A stretch of DNA of 64,000 nt from Felis catus. Lineage: Eukaryota. Below, piece after piece: positions 52,569 through 64,000 of the stretch. The position numbers and the translations under genes are program-made. How positions within the stretch are numbered: the stretch's first letter is position 1; the number at the start of each line of letters is the position of its first letter. The DNA lies in NCBI RefSeq assembly GCF_018350175.1, contig NC_058368.1:166720001-166784000 (forward strand). Reading direction: 5' to 3'. The notes under the pieces were generated by a model. The model searched no databases and was not told the origin of the DNA. It saw only the letters and a list, made by a program, of their open reading frames with translations.

Positions 52569-52780
52569 TTTTTTTTTCAACGTTTATTTATTTTTGGGAC
52601 AGAGAGAGACAGAGCATGAATGGGGGAGGGGCAGAGAGAGAGGGAGACACAGAATCGGAAACAGGCTCCAGGCTCCGAGCCATCAGCCCAGAGCCTGACA
52701 CGGGGCTCAAACTCACGGACCGCAAGATCGTGACCTGGCTGAAGTCGGGCGCTTAACCGACTGCGCCACCCAGGCGCCCC
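52569..52780 (-). mobile_element. Young Can-SINE (SINEC_Fc)
   Basis: CpG-rich; flanking direct repeat atagaaagtgggtttttaaa at 52549-52568 and 52781-52800. Confidence 0.97.
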
Positions 52781-53540
52781 ATAGAAAGTGGGTTTTTAAA
52801 ACAAGAGACAGACACTGATGGAGGAAACAATTAGCAAGGCTACTCTTATTTGTGAGGCAAAGCCCATGTATCATAAGGTGAGATCTAGTTTCCTGGGATT
52901 TATTTGTTTATTGATAGTTTGCTTGTTTGGCATAAAATCATGCCATCACATTCATAATTATGACAACTCCTCCCATAATTTGACAGTAGTTTAGCTGAAG
53001 TATATTCATGTTGTTTGTTTTCTTTACTCTTTCTCTCGTATGGGGATTTTAATGATAAATTCATAGAAGGAAAGTCTGTTTTTCAGGATTAAATTTAAGC
53101 CAGAGTAAACTAAATCAGATTTTAATAATCAAAATATTTAATTCCATAATAAGATGAATATCTTTCTAAGACAGTAAACAGTGAATGTTCATTGGGAATA
53201 GAAAATTGTTATTTACATTGGAAAGTGGGACAGTCTGCATGTTACCGTAATAAATCAACATGATATCAAAACACTCTTTCAAGTCAGTCTGTCAATAAAT
53301 ATTTTTTGTCTACCATGGTAGGGAGACTGGGGGGAAAATGGGTATCAGAACTATAAGGACTTTATATCTTTGAAGAGACAGAGCTGGCATGCACTGGAAC
53401 ATAAATTCTACACACCAGTTACCCACTTGGGCAGTTCAGACCATAAGCACTAAAGAAGTTCAGAAGAGGACATAATCAATGTGGAGAACTCTTATTGAAT
53501 GAGGCGACCAGGAAATAAGAACAAATCCAATTATATCCAA

Positions 53541-53672
<132 letters not shown>

Positions 53673-54223
53673 ATACTTTATAGCCCAAAGTGACAAAGTG
53701 ACATGGGAAATAGGAAATTATCTAATTTTGATAACATAGTAAAATGAACATGATTATTAAGTTTAATTTTTCAGTCACTAATAACCTAGTGCATTTAAAC
53801 ACATTTGGGAATAATTGTATTTAAAAATTAATATAACACCTACATTCATTCGTGTTATGTGGTTCTGTTCAAAAGAAACTTCATAGTCTTCAGCTCTTCT
53901 CCCAGGAAGTTACCCTTTGATAGGGTGCAGTTAATTTGGCAAAATTTCTGCTGGATGATGACCCTAACTGGTTGTCCTCCTTAAAATCATCATGTTTTAA
54001 TATATTTATTTTTCTGATTTCTAAAGTAAGTATGTGGAAAATGGAAGAAAGCATTAAAGAAAACTAAAATGTGCCAAAATTCTCACATCCAAAGATAACT
54101 ATTGTTATAATTTGGTGTCTTTGTCTTACATAATTGTCTCTCTCGGTCTCATGTCATCTAAAATTTAAATGGAGATTTATAAAATAAAAATGTCCTTTTA
54201 TAGTATCCTTAGATTTCAATTTC

Positions 54224-54393
54224 TTTCTTTTTTAATGTTTATTTATTGTTGAGGGGGGGCAGCAAGAGGGGGACAGAGGATCTGAAGCAGGCTTTTTGCT
54301 GACAGCAGAGAGTCTGAAGCAGGTCTCAGACTCATGAACTCTGAGATCATGGCTTGAGTCAGACTCTCGACTGACTGAGCCATGTGCGCATCC
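54224..54393 (-). mobile_element. Older Can-SINE
   Basis: Reverse-strand SINE body; TSD-like gattt(c/t)aatttct. Confidence 0.8.
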
Positions 54394-55148
54394 TGATTTT
54401 AATTTCTTAATACATGTTCCCTTTAATTGATATCAGTTGTCATTTGTGATAGCCATCTTGCAAATGTATCCATCTTGCAAGCAAAATAGCTTCAGAAAAA
54501 AAAATTGCAGAATGCACATTTAACAAATTGAAACACTAAAAAATACTAAAAATTACTTTTTCTTAGAACAAATTAATGTTGCGCTAACCACAAGACTATT
54601 TGATTATTTCAATTCCTACAAAGAAACTTAGAAATTGTTGTAATATTTTCATTTATATAAACCTTATCAAGAATTTTGCTTCTTAGGAAATGCTACTTTT
54701 CCCTCTGCCGCAGAATTTCATCTCCTTAATACAGCCTCTGAAGGCTCTTTAGTTAATGTGTATCTGAAGTATCATTCTACTCACAATGAACTGTACTGAA
54801 AAGTACCATCAAGCCTTTAGCATTGAAAGAAATCAATCTAGTGATGGTAAATGGTCTGTGGTCTCACAGGGATAGACTCATCTGTTAAAACTTTAAAGCC
54901 ATACAAATCAAATATCCTTTTCTTTTGTAGAGTGCTTTATGTGGAATTAATGTATTTTAACCCACACAACACTAGCATTTGATATTCTTGTGAGATGTAC
55001 AGATAATGCATTTCTTAAAGGTGCTGTGAAATCAACCATTTCAATTTGATTCAGTGTTTTTCACTGATCATGATGATCAGATACTGAGACACTGATCAAT
55101 GACCAAACAGTGGTCTGATTTGTTTTGTTGTTTTGTTATGTTGCACAC

Positions 55149-55283
55149 CTACAATTAACTAGATGTCTGCCAATAATTTGCAAAATCCTAGTAACAGATT
55201 TGATAGGCTCTTAAATACAGCTTTGGCAGTTGCCTGCGATGATTTCAAAACAGCTGAATCATGTCCGAACCCCCCCGTACCAC
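55149..55283 (-). other. Exon-like segment (135 bp) with stops in all three frames
   Basis: Acceptor ttttattttattgtag|G, weak donor TAG|gtgtgc; CpG-containing unique DNA. Confidence 0.25.
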
Positions 55284-56194
55284 CTACAATAAAATAAAAC
55301 CACACAAATATATAAACATTATATGGTTGAGACTGAAAGGACACAAAAGTGATTTTATGAAAACAACTTTTGTATTTTAAAATTGTGATCACAAGAGAGC
55401 TATAACTTTCCCAGTCTGCAATAAAGTCTAAAATCATGTGGCTTTTCCCACCTACTCTTTATGGACAAAAACACATAGCAATTTTTCATGGAAATATTAA
55501 GACAAATTTACAAAAGTAAATGCATAGATTCTGAAAATTTGCTAGATGCAATATAGTTTTTCACTTTCATATGAACAAACATTATTACAAGCGGCTTACA
55601 TTTTGAAAAACATATTTAATCACCTAACCTGCAATTTTAATACAATATTGATTACTTTGGAGCACATTGCCATAAAGGCAACAGAAACCCAGAAACCCTG
55701 AGAAGATTTTCTATGTGCCCATAAAGCAAGTAAAACCCAAGACAAGTGGTAAAAAGTTTAAATTAAACTGAGAACTTTTACCAAAGAGAAAACTTTTTAC
55801 CGAGCTACTAAGGAAATTTATTTTGCAAAAAAGAGTTATGTAATCTCCTCCCCTAGATATCAAAGATAAAGGTATTTACCTTGTTCCTCACATAGCACTT
55901 TAAAAAAGAAAAATAAACCAGATATGCTTTTGGAGCCTATTTATGGCATACTTTGTTTTTAAGAATTCCTTAAAAGATACATGAAACTTGGGTTAACATA
56001 GTTCATAAATTTCCTAGGAAATAATATAATATTGGGGATAGTCCTTGAAGAAAACCCCTGGAATTTTCCAGCATTAACAAGCTTTTCAGCAAACCAAATC
56101 AATTCAGTAAACCATTATACAAACATGAGAATCTCCATAGATTTTCTCTTTCCCCTTCTAAGCATAGATAAGTATTAAGACAGTTTTCTATACA

Positions 56195-56197
<3 letters not shown>

Positions 56198-56240
<43 letters not shown>
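56198..56240. repeat. (CA)n
   Basis: Read directly from sequence. Confidence 0.95.
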
Positions 56241-56242
<2 letters not shown>

Positions 56243-57624
56243 CTTTTTGCAATATGTTAGCTATTGTTTTAGGCCTTAAGAGTTCTAGTGTCTCTTTAGG
56301 AAACACTAGTAACTAAGAAAGCAGCCCTCTAAAACTCCACAAAGGTCTGGAAAAAAAAAACACCTCAGACATAAATCTTAGAGCTGAACTGTTCTCCTCA
56401 CATTGATTGCTTGAAAGCTAGAACACAATTTGTAGCACATCCCTAGCAGTAAAATCCTTGAATTATCACTCATACACTTATTTTTATTTTATCCTATTAT
56501 TATTCAGAGCTGTGTTCACCCTGACAGCTAATCTGATTTGATCCTGGCTAATGTTAACATGGAAGGAGTTTATCTGAATGAATAGAGGAGAATAGCTGAA
56601 CTCCTCAGGTATCTAAGCTATGAATCTAAAAAGATCCAGTCAATCAATTATGGAACACTTTGATGGTTAATACTCGTTTGTTAAATTATTCTAATTTGTT
56701 GCTATAAGCACCCCTTCCAATTTTGATAGTGAGGATGGATGGATAGGTAGATCGACAGATAGACAGACAGGCACATAGATGCAAAGATGAGAAACTCGAA
56801 GTAAAAAGAATAAATGAAAACAAACTGGTGATAAAGGAAAATCTCTGCCTATCAATAATTAGGACACATGGTGGTATCTATGTATAAGTAATCTGCCTTA
56901 TATCATGTAAACCATAAAATATTTCAGACTGGGGGAGTGGTTGTCCAGAACTAAAAATATTATGAGGCTATAATTATTTTATATTAGATTCCTTTTGCAT
57001 TTTAATATAAATCAAAAGCATTTATTGCATAGGGCATTTTTTTAAAGTTCGGGTAATAAAAGTGGTGATTCAAAACATTAAACAGCATTTCTAGCTGTGC
57101 CTGTAGGTCATGTGGAATGTTAAATGCCAACGTGCCAACCAATCACAACCCAAACTCTGAGCAGCTCTTAAGATTATATATAATGAATAACAGATTTCAG
57201 CTTGTGGTTTTATGCATGATTCTAAAATCTTTTCAAAACCTTTCTTTAAAACATTGCTGTTAGAATTTCCCTGTTCAACTACAGCCATCTCTACATGGCA
57301 ATACTATATTATCACATAGTATGTGGTTGTCCAAACTACGATAAGCTGCTCACCAAGATCATAGAACAATGACAACAGGAGAGTTTGTATTTTCTTTTCT
57401 TTGTGTTAATCACTAAAATATCCACGTTCAAAAGGAAATATGTCTTTCACCCAAATTAAGTCGTTCATGTTTCCAAGTGTTTTTAAAGAATTTTTAATAT
57501 TCAAAGGTATAAGGAAACAAAAAAAGACCTACAATCTCTCTGTCAGCATATTCTCTACCCACATGAAAGTGAGTGTAAAATTTACTCTGAAATAATAAAC
57601 ACTTGAACAAAATCAAACAATTGA

Positions 57625-57990
57625 TTTGGCAGATATTCATTAATTTAACAAATATCTATGGAGCACCTGTAATGGCCAGAAAGTATTTTAGGTGTTCAAA
57701 TGTAGCAATAATTGGACAAAATCCTTATTCTCATGGTGCAGATAGTTATAGTGCCAAAAAAGCAAACTCAGCAGAATTACACAAAACAATGTTACTGTCT
57801 TCCGTGTAGCATCTGATGTAAAGAAAAAGCAGAATAGGTAGGGAAGAAGAAGGACAGAAGGCTCCGGTATGGAGGGTGGTGAGAAAAACGTGATATTTGA
57901 GCAGAGACCTTAATTAAGTGAGGAAGGCAGACCGAGGAAGTCAGGGATTGGGGACATCATGGGAGAAACCATAAACACACATTTTTGATC
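57625..57990 (-). mobile_element. L2 relic
   Basis: attcattaatttaacaaatatctatggagcacctg...gtgatatttgagcagagacct. Confidence 0.65.
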
Positions 57991-58730
57991 CAGGGGCGTC
58001 CTTGGAAAGTTACCCTTAACTTATATATTACTTAAATATTATTACTTAAATACTAACATGGGAATATAAATCTTTCTTTTTTAAAACCTTCTAAGCTGGT
58101 TATTTATAAAACATGCAGTATCATTTTCACCATATTAGCACAAGGGGAGTTATCACTCAGAAGGGAAAAAAATAACATGAATCTGATCTCCATTGGAGTT
58201 ATAGAGGAAGTAAACCATTAAGCAAAACAGAAATAGTTGATTTTATACAAAGATCAAGTGAAACAAAGTATATTTTAAAGCACTGTAATATGAAGAAATA
58301 TTAATTTCCCAATTAAATTACTTTCAATGGAGGCACTATAAAAGAAGAAAGTGGAAACAAAAACTTTCATATTTATTAGGAACGCTTATTAAAATGCATA
58401 AGATGTTCATGTGTTTGGATCCAGGGATTCTAATTCTAAGATCCTAGACTAAAAATATAATGGGTAAAACAGTAATTGCTTTATGATGGGCATTATTTTT
58501 CATGCTAACAAAAGTCTATGACAATATAAGTCAAATGGGTAAGTAAATTATGGTGAAGCTATGTTTGCAGTTATTCACCACCATTAATTATGGCATTTTC
58601 TAACACTCTAATTACCCTTAATTAACATCATAATCTTAATCATAGGTAACAAAAATGTGTTACAAATAATGTGTAATATAAGATTTCTACCATTTAATAC
58701 AAAAATCTGGTTAATTAAAAATGCATATTG

Positions 58731-58890
58731 AGGCACCTGGGTGGCTCAGTTGGCTAAACAACAAACTTTGGCTCAGGTCAAGATTTTGCTGTTCAGGAGC
58801 TCAGAGCCTGGAACCTGCTTCGGATTCTGTGTTTCCCTCTCTCTGCCCCTCCCCCACTCATGTGCTGTCTCTCTCTTTCTCAAAAATAAA
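58731..58890 (+). mobile_element. Can-SINE with an internal deletion
   Basis: aggcacctgggtggctcag head, CT tract, AATAAA. Confidence 0.85.
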
Positions 58891-59429
58891 CACTAAACAT
58901 ACATATAATATACAAAATATTTATAGCCAAAATGTGCAAAGATGTTTTTACAAATTAAGCAGTCAATAAATAAAATAAATGAACAAAGGTATAAACAATT
59001 TTAAAATAGAACTGCAAATATAAAAGGGTAAAGAAAACCTTGCTTCCTTTAAGGTTTAGGGTGAAAGTAGAGCAAATATGATATATACATTTTCATTAGA
59101 TGATGAAAAATTTAATAGTGCTGGTAGGGGTGCAGAGCCAAGAGTCCTCTCATACAGTGTTGAAGTAAATGGAAAAAATAATCAGGAAATGTTTAGTAAT
59201 ATAATTTCAATGCACTTATTTTGATCTAAGCCACTTTACTTCTGGGTATCTATCAGCCTATCTATGCAACAGTATTTATTGCAAGTATTGTCTGACTGAA
59301 CATAAATAAGAAAAGGAAAAAATACGTTAGGTATACTTATATATGCTATATAATATTCTGAAAGGATTGCAAATAATAAGTTAGAATTATATGTATCAAT
59401 ACAGATGGAGGCATGTGAAGTATTTGTAA

Positions 59430-61700
59430 GTTTTTATTTTAATTCCAGTTAGTTAACATACAGTGTTATATTAGTTTCAGGTGTACAATAAAGTGGTTCA
59501 ACAATTCCATTCATCATCTGGTGTTTATCGTGACAAGTATACTCTTCAGTCTCCAACACCTATTTAGCCCATCCCCCCTGACTCCCCTATAGTAACCATC
59601 AATTTGTTCTCGGTAATGAAGAGTCTGTTTCTTGGTTTGTCTATCTCTCTTTTTCCCCCTTTTCTCATTTATTTTTTGTTTCTTAAATTCCACACATGAG
59701 TGAAATCATATGGTATTTGTCTTTCTCTGACTTATTTCACTTAGCAGTATACTCTCCAGCTCCATCCATGGTGTTGCAAAAGGCAAGATTTCATTTTTTA
59801 TTATGGTTGAATAATATTCCCTTATATATACAAACACATCTTTTTTATCCACTGATCTATCCCTGGTCACTTGGGTTGCTTTTACATAATTTGGCTTTGT
59901 AAATAATGCGGTGATAAATGTAGAACCACTTTGAGTTAGTGGTTTTGTATCTTTTGGGTAAATACTCAGTAGTGCAATTACTGTATCATACAGCAGGTCT
60001 ATTTTTTTTATTTATTGAGGAACCTCTATACTGTTTTCCACATTGGTTATAGCAATTTGCATTCCCACCAAAAGTACACAAGGATTCCTTTGTCTACACA
60101 CCCTTACCAACACTTGTTCTTTCTTGTGGTTTTTATTTTTTCGGTTTCTTTTTTTTTTCAATTTTTTATTTAAATTCTACTTAGTTAATCTGTGTTTTTT
60201 ATTTTAGCTGTTCTGACAGGTGTGAAGTGATATCTCATTGTAGTTTTGATTTGCATTTTCCTGATGATCAATGATCACATTTTTTTCATGTGTCTGTTGG
60301 TCATCTGAATGTCTTCTTTGAGAAATGTCTGTTCATGTCTTCTGACCATTTTTTAACTGGATTATTTGTTTTTGGGTATTGACTTTGATAAGTTCTTTAT
60401 AGATTTTGAAACCCGACCCTTTATTAAATATGGCATTTGTAAATAACTTCCTCCATTCGGTGGTTGCCTTTTAGTTTTGTTAATCGTTTCCTTCACTGTG
60501 CAGAAGTTTTTATTTCAATATATTCTCAATAGTTTATTTTTACTTTTGTTTCCCTTGCCTCAGAAAACCTATCTAGAAGAAATTTGCTACAGCTGATGTC
60601 AGAGAAGTTACTGCTTGTGTTCTCTTCTAGGATATTAATAATTTCAGGACTTACATTTAGGTCTTTCATCCATTTTGAATTTTTTTTTTGTTCATGGTAT
60701 AAGAAAGTAGTCTAGTATCATTGTTTTACATGTTGCTCTCCAGTTCTCTCAACAGGATTTGTTGAAGAGATTGTCTTTTTCCCATTGGATATTCTTTCCT
60801 GCTTTGTCAAAGATTAGTTGGCATATGTTTGTGGGTCCATTTCTGGGTTCTCTATTCTGTTCCATTGATCCATGTCTATTTTTGTGCCAATACTGTACTG
60901 TTTTGATGTCAACAGCTTTGTAATATAACTTCAAGTCTGGAATTGTGATGTCTCCAGCTTTGCTTTTCTTTTTCAAGATTGCTTTAGCTATATAGGGTCT
61001 TTTGTGGTTCCATACAGATTTTAGAATTGTTCTAGCTGTGTGAAAAATGCTTTTCGTATTTTGATAGGTACTGCATTAAATCTGTAGATTGCTTTGGGTA
61101 GTACGGACATTTTAACAATTTTAACATTTTAACAATATTTGTTCTTCCAATCCATGAGCGTGGAATGTCTTTCCATTTCATTGTGTCCTCCTCAGTTTAT
61201 TTCATCAATATTTTATAATTTTTTTAAATTTTTTTTCAACGTTTATTTATTTTTGGGACAGAGAGAGACAGAGCATGAATGGGGGAGGCGCAGAGAGAGA
61301 GGGAGACACAGAATCGGAAGCAGGCTCCAGGCTCTGAGCCAGCAGCCCAGAGCCTGACGCAGGGCTCGAACTCACGGACCGCGAGATCGTGACCTGGCTG
61401 AAGTCGGACACTTAACCGACTACGCCACCCAGGCGCCCCAATATTTTATAATTTTTAGAGTACAAGTATTTCACCTCTTTGAGTAGGTTTATTCCTAAGT
61501 ATCTTATTATTTTTGGAGCAGTTGTAAATGGGATTGTGTCTTAATTTCTTTTGAAATTAAGATACCATACTATAGGTAGAAAATCTGAAAGACTCCACCC
61601 CCCAAAAAATTGCTGGAATTTATAAATGAATTCAGTAAAGTGCAGGATACAAAATCAATATACAGAAATCTGTTGTGTTTCTATACACCAATAATGAGCA
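59430..61700 (-). mobile_element. 5'-truncated carnivore L1 with 5' inversion (twin priming)
   Basis: 3' end at ~59430; minus-strand ORF2 to ~61552; plus-oriented ORF2 piece 61562-61700; degenerate TSD g(c/t)atgtga(a/t)gtatt at 59411-59424 and 61701-61714. Confidence 0.88.
61224..61439 (-). mobile_element. Young Can-SINE (SINEC_Fc) inside L1
   Basis: TSD aatattttataattttt at 61207-61223 and 61440-61456. Confidence 0.96.
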
Positions 61701-61799
61701 GTATGTGATGTATTGTGTATATGAAAAAGCAAATTGAAGAGAAATATATTTCCATATTTGTAATATTAAAAAGATTTTAAAAATTGGAGGTAGAATATT

Positions 61800-61992
61800 T
61801 TTTAAGTTTAGTTTGAGAGAGAGGATGAGCAGGGAAGGGGCAGAGAGACAGAGGGAAAGAGAGAATCACAAGCAGTCTCCACACTATCAGTGCAGAGCCT
61901 GCTGCCAGTCTCGAACTCACAAACTGTGAGATCACAACCTGAACTGAAATCACGAGTTGGACGCTTAACCAACTGAGCCACCCAGGCTCCCC
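61800..61992 (-). mobile_element. Can-SINE
   Basis: TSD ttggaggta(g/t)aatatt. Confidence 0.9.
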
Positions 61993-62445
61993 TTGGAGGT
62001 ATAATATTAATCAGAATTCTCTAGGAGAAAAGAAGAGACAGAAAGATAAATAAAAGTAACACAAAGTTGGATAATTCATATGTCATAATTTTGGTGAGTA
62101 TATAAATTATAAACTTCTAACAATAATAGTATTTTAAATGTGTAAAAATTGAATATGCTAACCGTCAATGTAGCCGGCATACAGTAAAATATAATATTAT
62201 GGGACTCCAAGAAAATCTTGTCACTTATTTGTTAATATTTTAATTATTTCTGAAACAAATTAACATTTCTATTCAATAAACAGAATGAAAGAAGGGAAGA
62301 AAATTACTGGCTTATTAGAAATTCTTATACTTTTGATTTTCTATGTATTGATATTGTAGATTATTTTTAACTATATATTTCTATATTCTGCACCCATTTT
62401 GTAATTAGTATCCTATCTTTTACACTTAAAAATTATTAAATTTTA

Positions 62446-62645
62446 GGGGTGCCTGGGTTGCTCAGGTGCTTAAGTGTCCAACGCTTGATTTCTGCTGATC
62501 TCACAGTTCATGGGATCAAGCTCCACATCCAGTTCTGCCTTGATAGCATGGAGCCTGCTTGGATTCTCTTTCCCTCTCTCTCTGCCCCTTCCCTCCTTGC
62601 ATGTGCACGTTCTCTCTCTCTCAAAATAATTAATAAAAATTTAAA
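62446..62645 (+). mobile_element. Can-SINE
   Basis: ggggtgcctgggttgctcag head, CT tract, A-rich tail. Confidence 0.88.
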
Positions 62646-62849
62646 AATTGTTCAATTTTATAGTTGTAATATGGAAAGTTTACTATATTAAAAATTGGGG
62701 GTAACCACAGAAATAATTTTGTCATGAGACTCTGGTGAGAAAGTTTCCCAAAGAGATCTCAAAGCTCTCAAGAAAAATTATCCCATAATTTATACCATAA
62801 AATAATTATGGTGATTGTATGTTAAAAAATGAAAAAAAAAGATATATCT

Positions 62850-63850
62850 AAGCCTGAGATTTTTAAACACTACAGGTACCATCCCTATACAATGGTCAGG
62901 AATTGTTATAGCTCCTTCTTCCTCTCCTTCTCTAAGAATCCCCAAATAGCCAAATAGGAGGAAATCTAAGTGAGGGCTAGAAATGAGGACAGATTGCTAC
63001 ACTTATATGCCCTGAACTTCAACTATGAGACTGGAGTGAAGCATGACAAAAATATTAGCACAGATTTTTGTCAGCTGACTAGAGAAATACCAGTATCTTA
63101 TCCAGAACTCCAACTCCAATCAATAATTTAGACAGAAGACCTAATGGCATGGTCTAAAGGATAAATGGAGACCATGCAACTTTAAATCTTTGGTTTTTGT
63201 TGTTTTTGTGTCTAAAAAAACAATGTGTTAAATAACGGTTCAATAGAAGGCCCACATTTTTGCTGAGGTTACAACAAATAGAAAGCTGAGAGTTGTACAG
63301 TGCCTCTCAGCACAGTGAGTTATGCCAGACTCAGGGAAAGCAACTAATATTGTTAGAAAACAAAAACAAGGCCTGGGGTGATCAAATCAAGTAATAAAGC
63401 AGCAGAAATAACTGCCCAAGACATAAATGTTAAGTATGAACAAATGTAACACAATTCAGGGCAGTGTCCCAAGTTGCTTGAAAAGTCCAGGAGCCCTCAT
63501 TCCTAGAAAACCAGCTGTTGATTCATTTTACCACAAGCAGGATCCTTCCTCATTGACAATCATTGCTGATGTAATTCAGAGACTGGTCAGAAAAGAAGCT
63601 CAACATTACATAGAAGATCCTATAATCAACAATCACTAAACACTGGAGTCAAAACGTTACTAAACAACAACACATTACAGAACCAAGACAAGAAAAATCA
63701 AGTTATTAATACAAACAGAAGAGAACTTTAAAGACACTACAATTAATACTTCAGAATGATAAAAATATTTCTTTATGAAACAAAAATAGATTGATGCACA
63801 AAAGGGACCATTCAAAAACTGAAAGCTAAAACTAAAAGACATGGAAGATT
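62850..63850 (+). mobile_element. Ancient L1M 5'-region relic
   Basis: Decayed motifs resembling the lead-in to ORF1 (gaagagaactttaaa..aattaatact); boundaries approximate. Confidence 0.4.
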
Positions 63851-63864
63851 GATCCAGCATTCTC

Positions 63865-64000
63865 CAGTCTTCCTTTCTCAGTTAATGTCCCCATCATTTA
63901 TCCATTTGTTCAGCATAAATCTTAGGAATATGGCTTCATTTTTTGGATTATCTCCAGTCCACATCCAAACCATCAGAAAAGAGCTGTTAGCTCTACCTTC
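63865..64000 (+). mobile_element. L2 fragment
   Basis: catcatttatccatttgttcag..aaatcttagga...cacatccaaaccatcag..ctgttagctctaccttc. Confidence 0.6.

Noticed and set aside
54700..54750. Minus-strand AFRGCIKEMKF resembling a laminin-G FxGCI motif
   Set aside because: It is bounded by stops within about 18 codons and has no convincing splice sites.

Overview
Mammalian genomic DNA, most likely a felid, judged from the Can-SINEs (SINEC_Fc type) and carnivore-type LINE-1s. The window is AT-rich and dominated by retrotransposons. It holds a young full-length but inactivated L1 (+, ~8.86-14.78 kb) nested inside an older antisense L1. There is a second near-full-length L1 (+, 18.5-23.75 kb), a rearranged L1 (27.1-32.6 kb), a full-length L1 with a long 5'UTR (-, 41.8-48.5 kb) and a twin-primed L1 (59.4-61.7 kb). 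It also holds about 19 Can-SINEs, ancient L1M/L2/MIR/MLT1/MER3 relics and microsatellites. I found no intact protein-coding gene, and nearly all listed ORFs are L1, SINE or microsatellite fragments. The most notable observations are a ~215-bp putative 5' transduction on the young L1, a set of minus-strand exon-like segments of an unidentified and possibly pseudogenised gene, and several templated-insertion or fold-back repair scars. Repeat subfamily names come from recalled consensus features, not from a database search.
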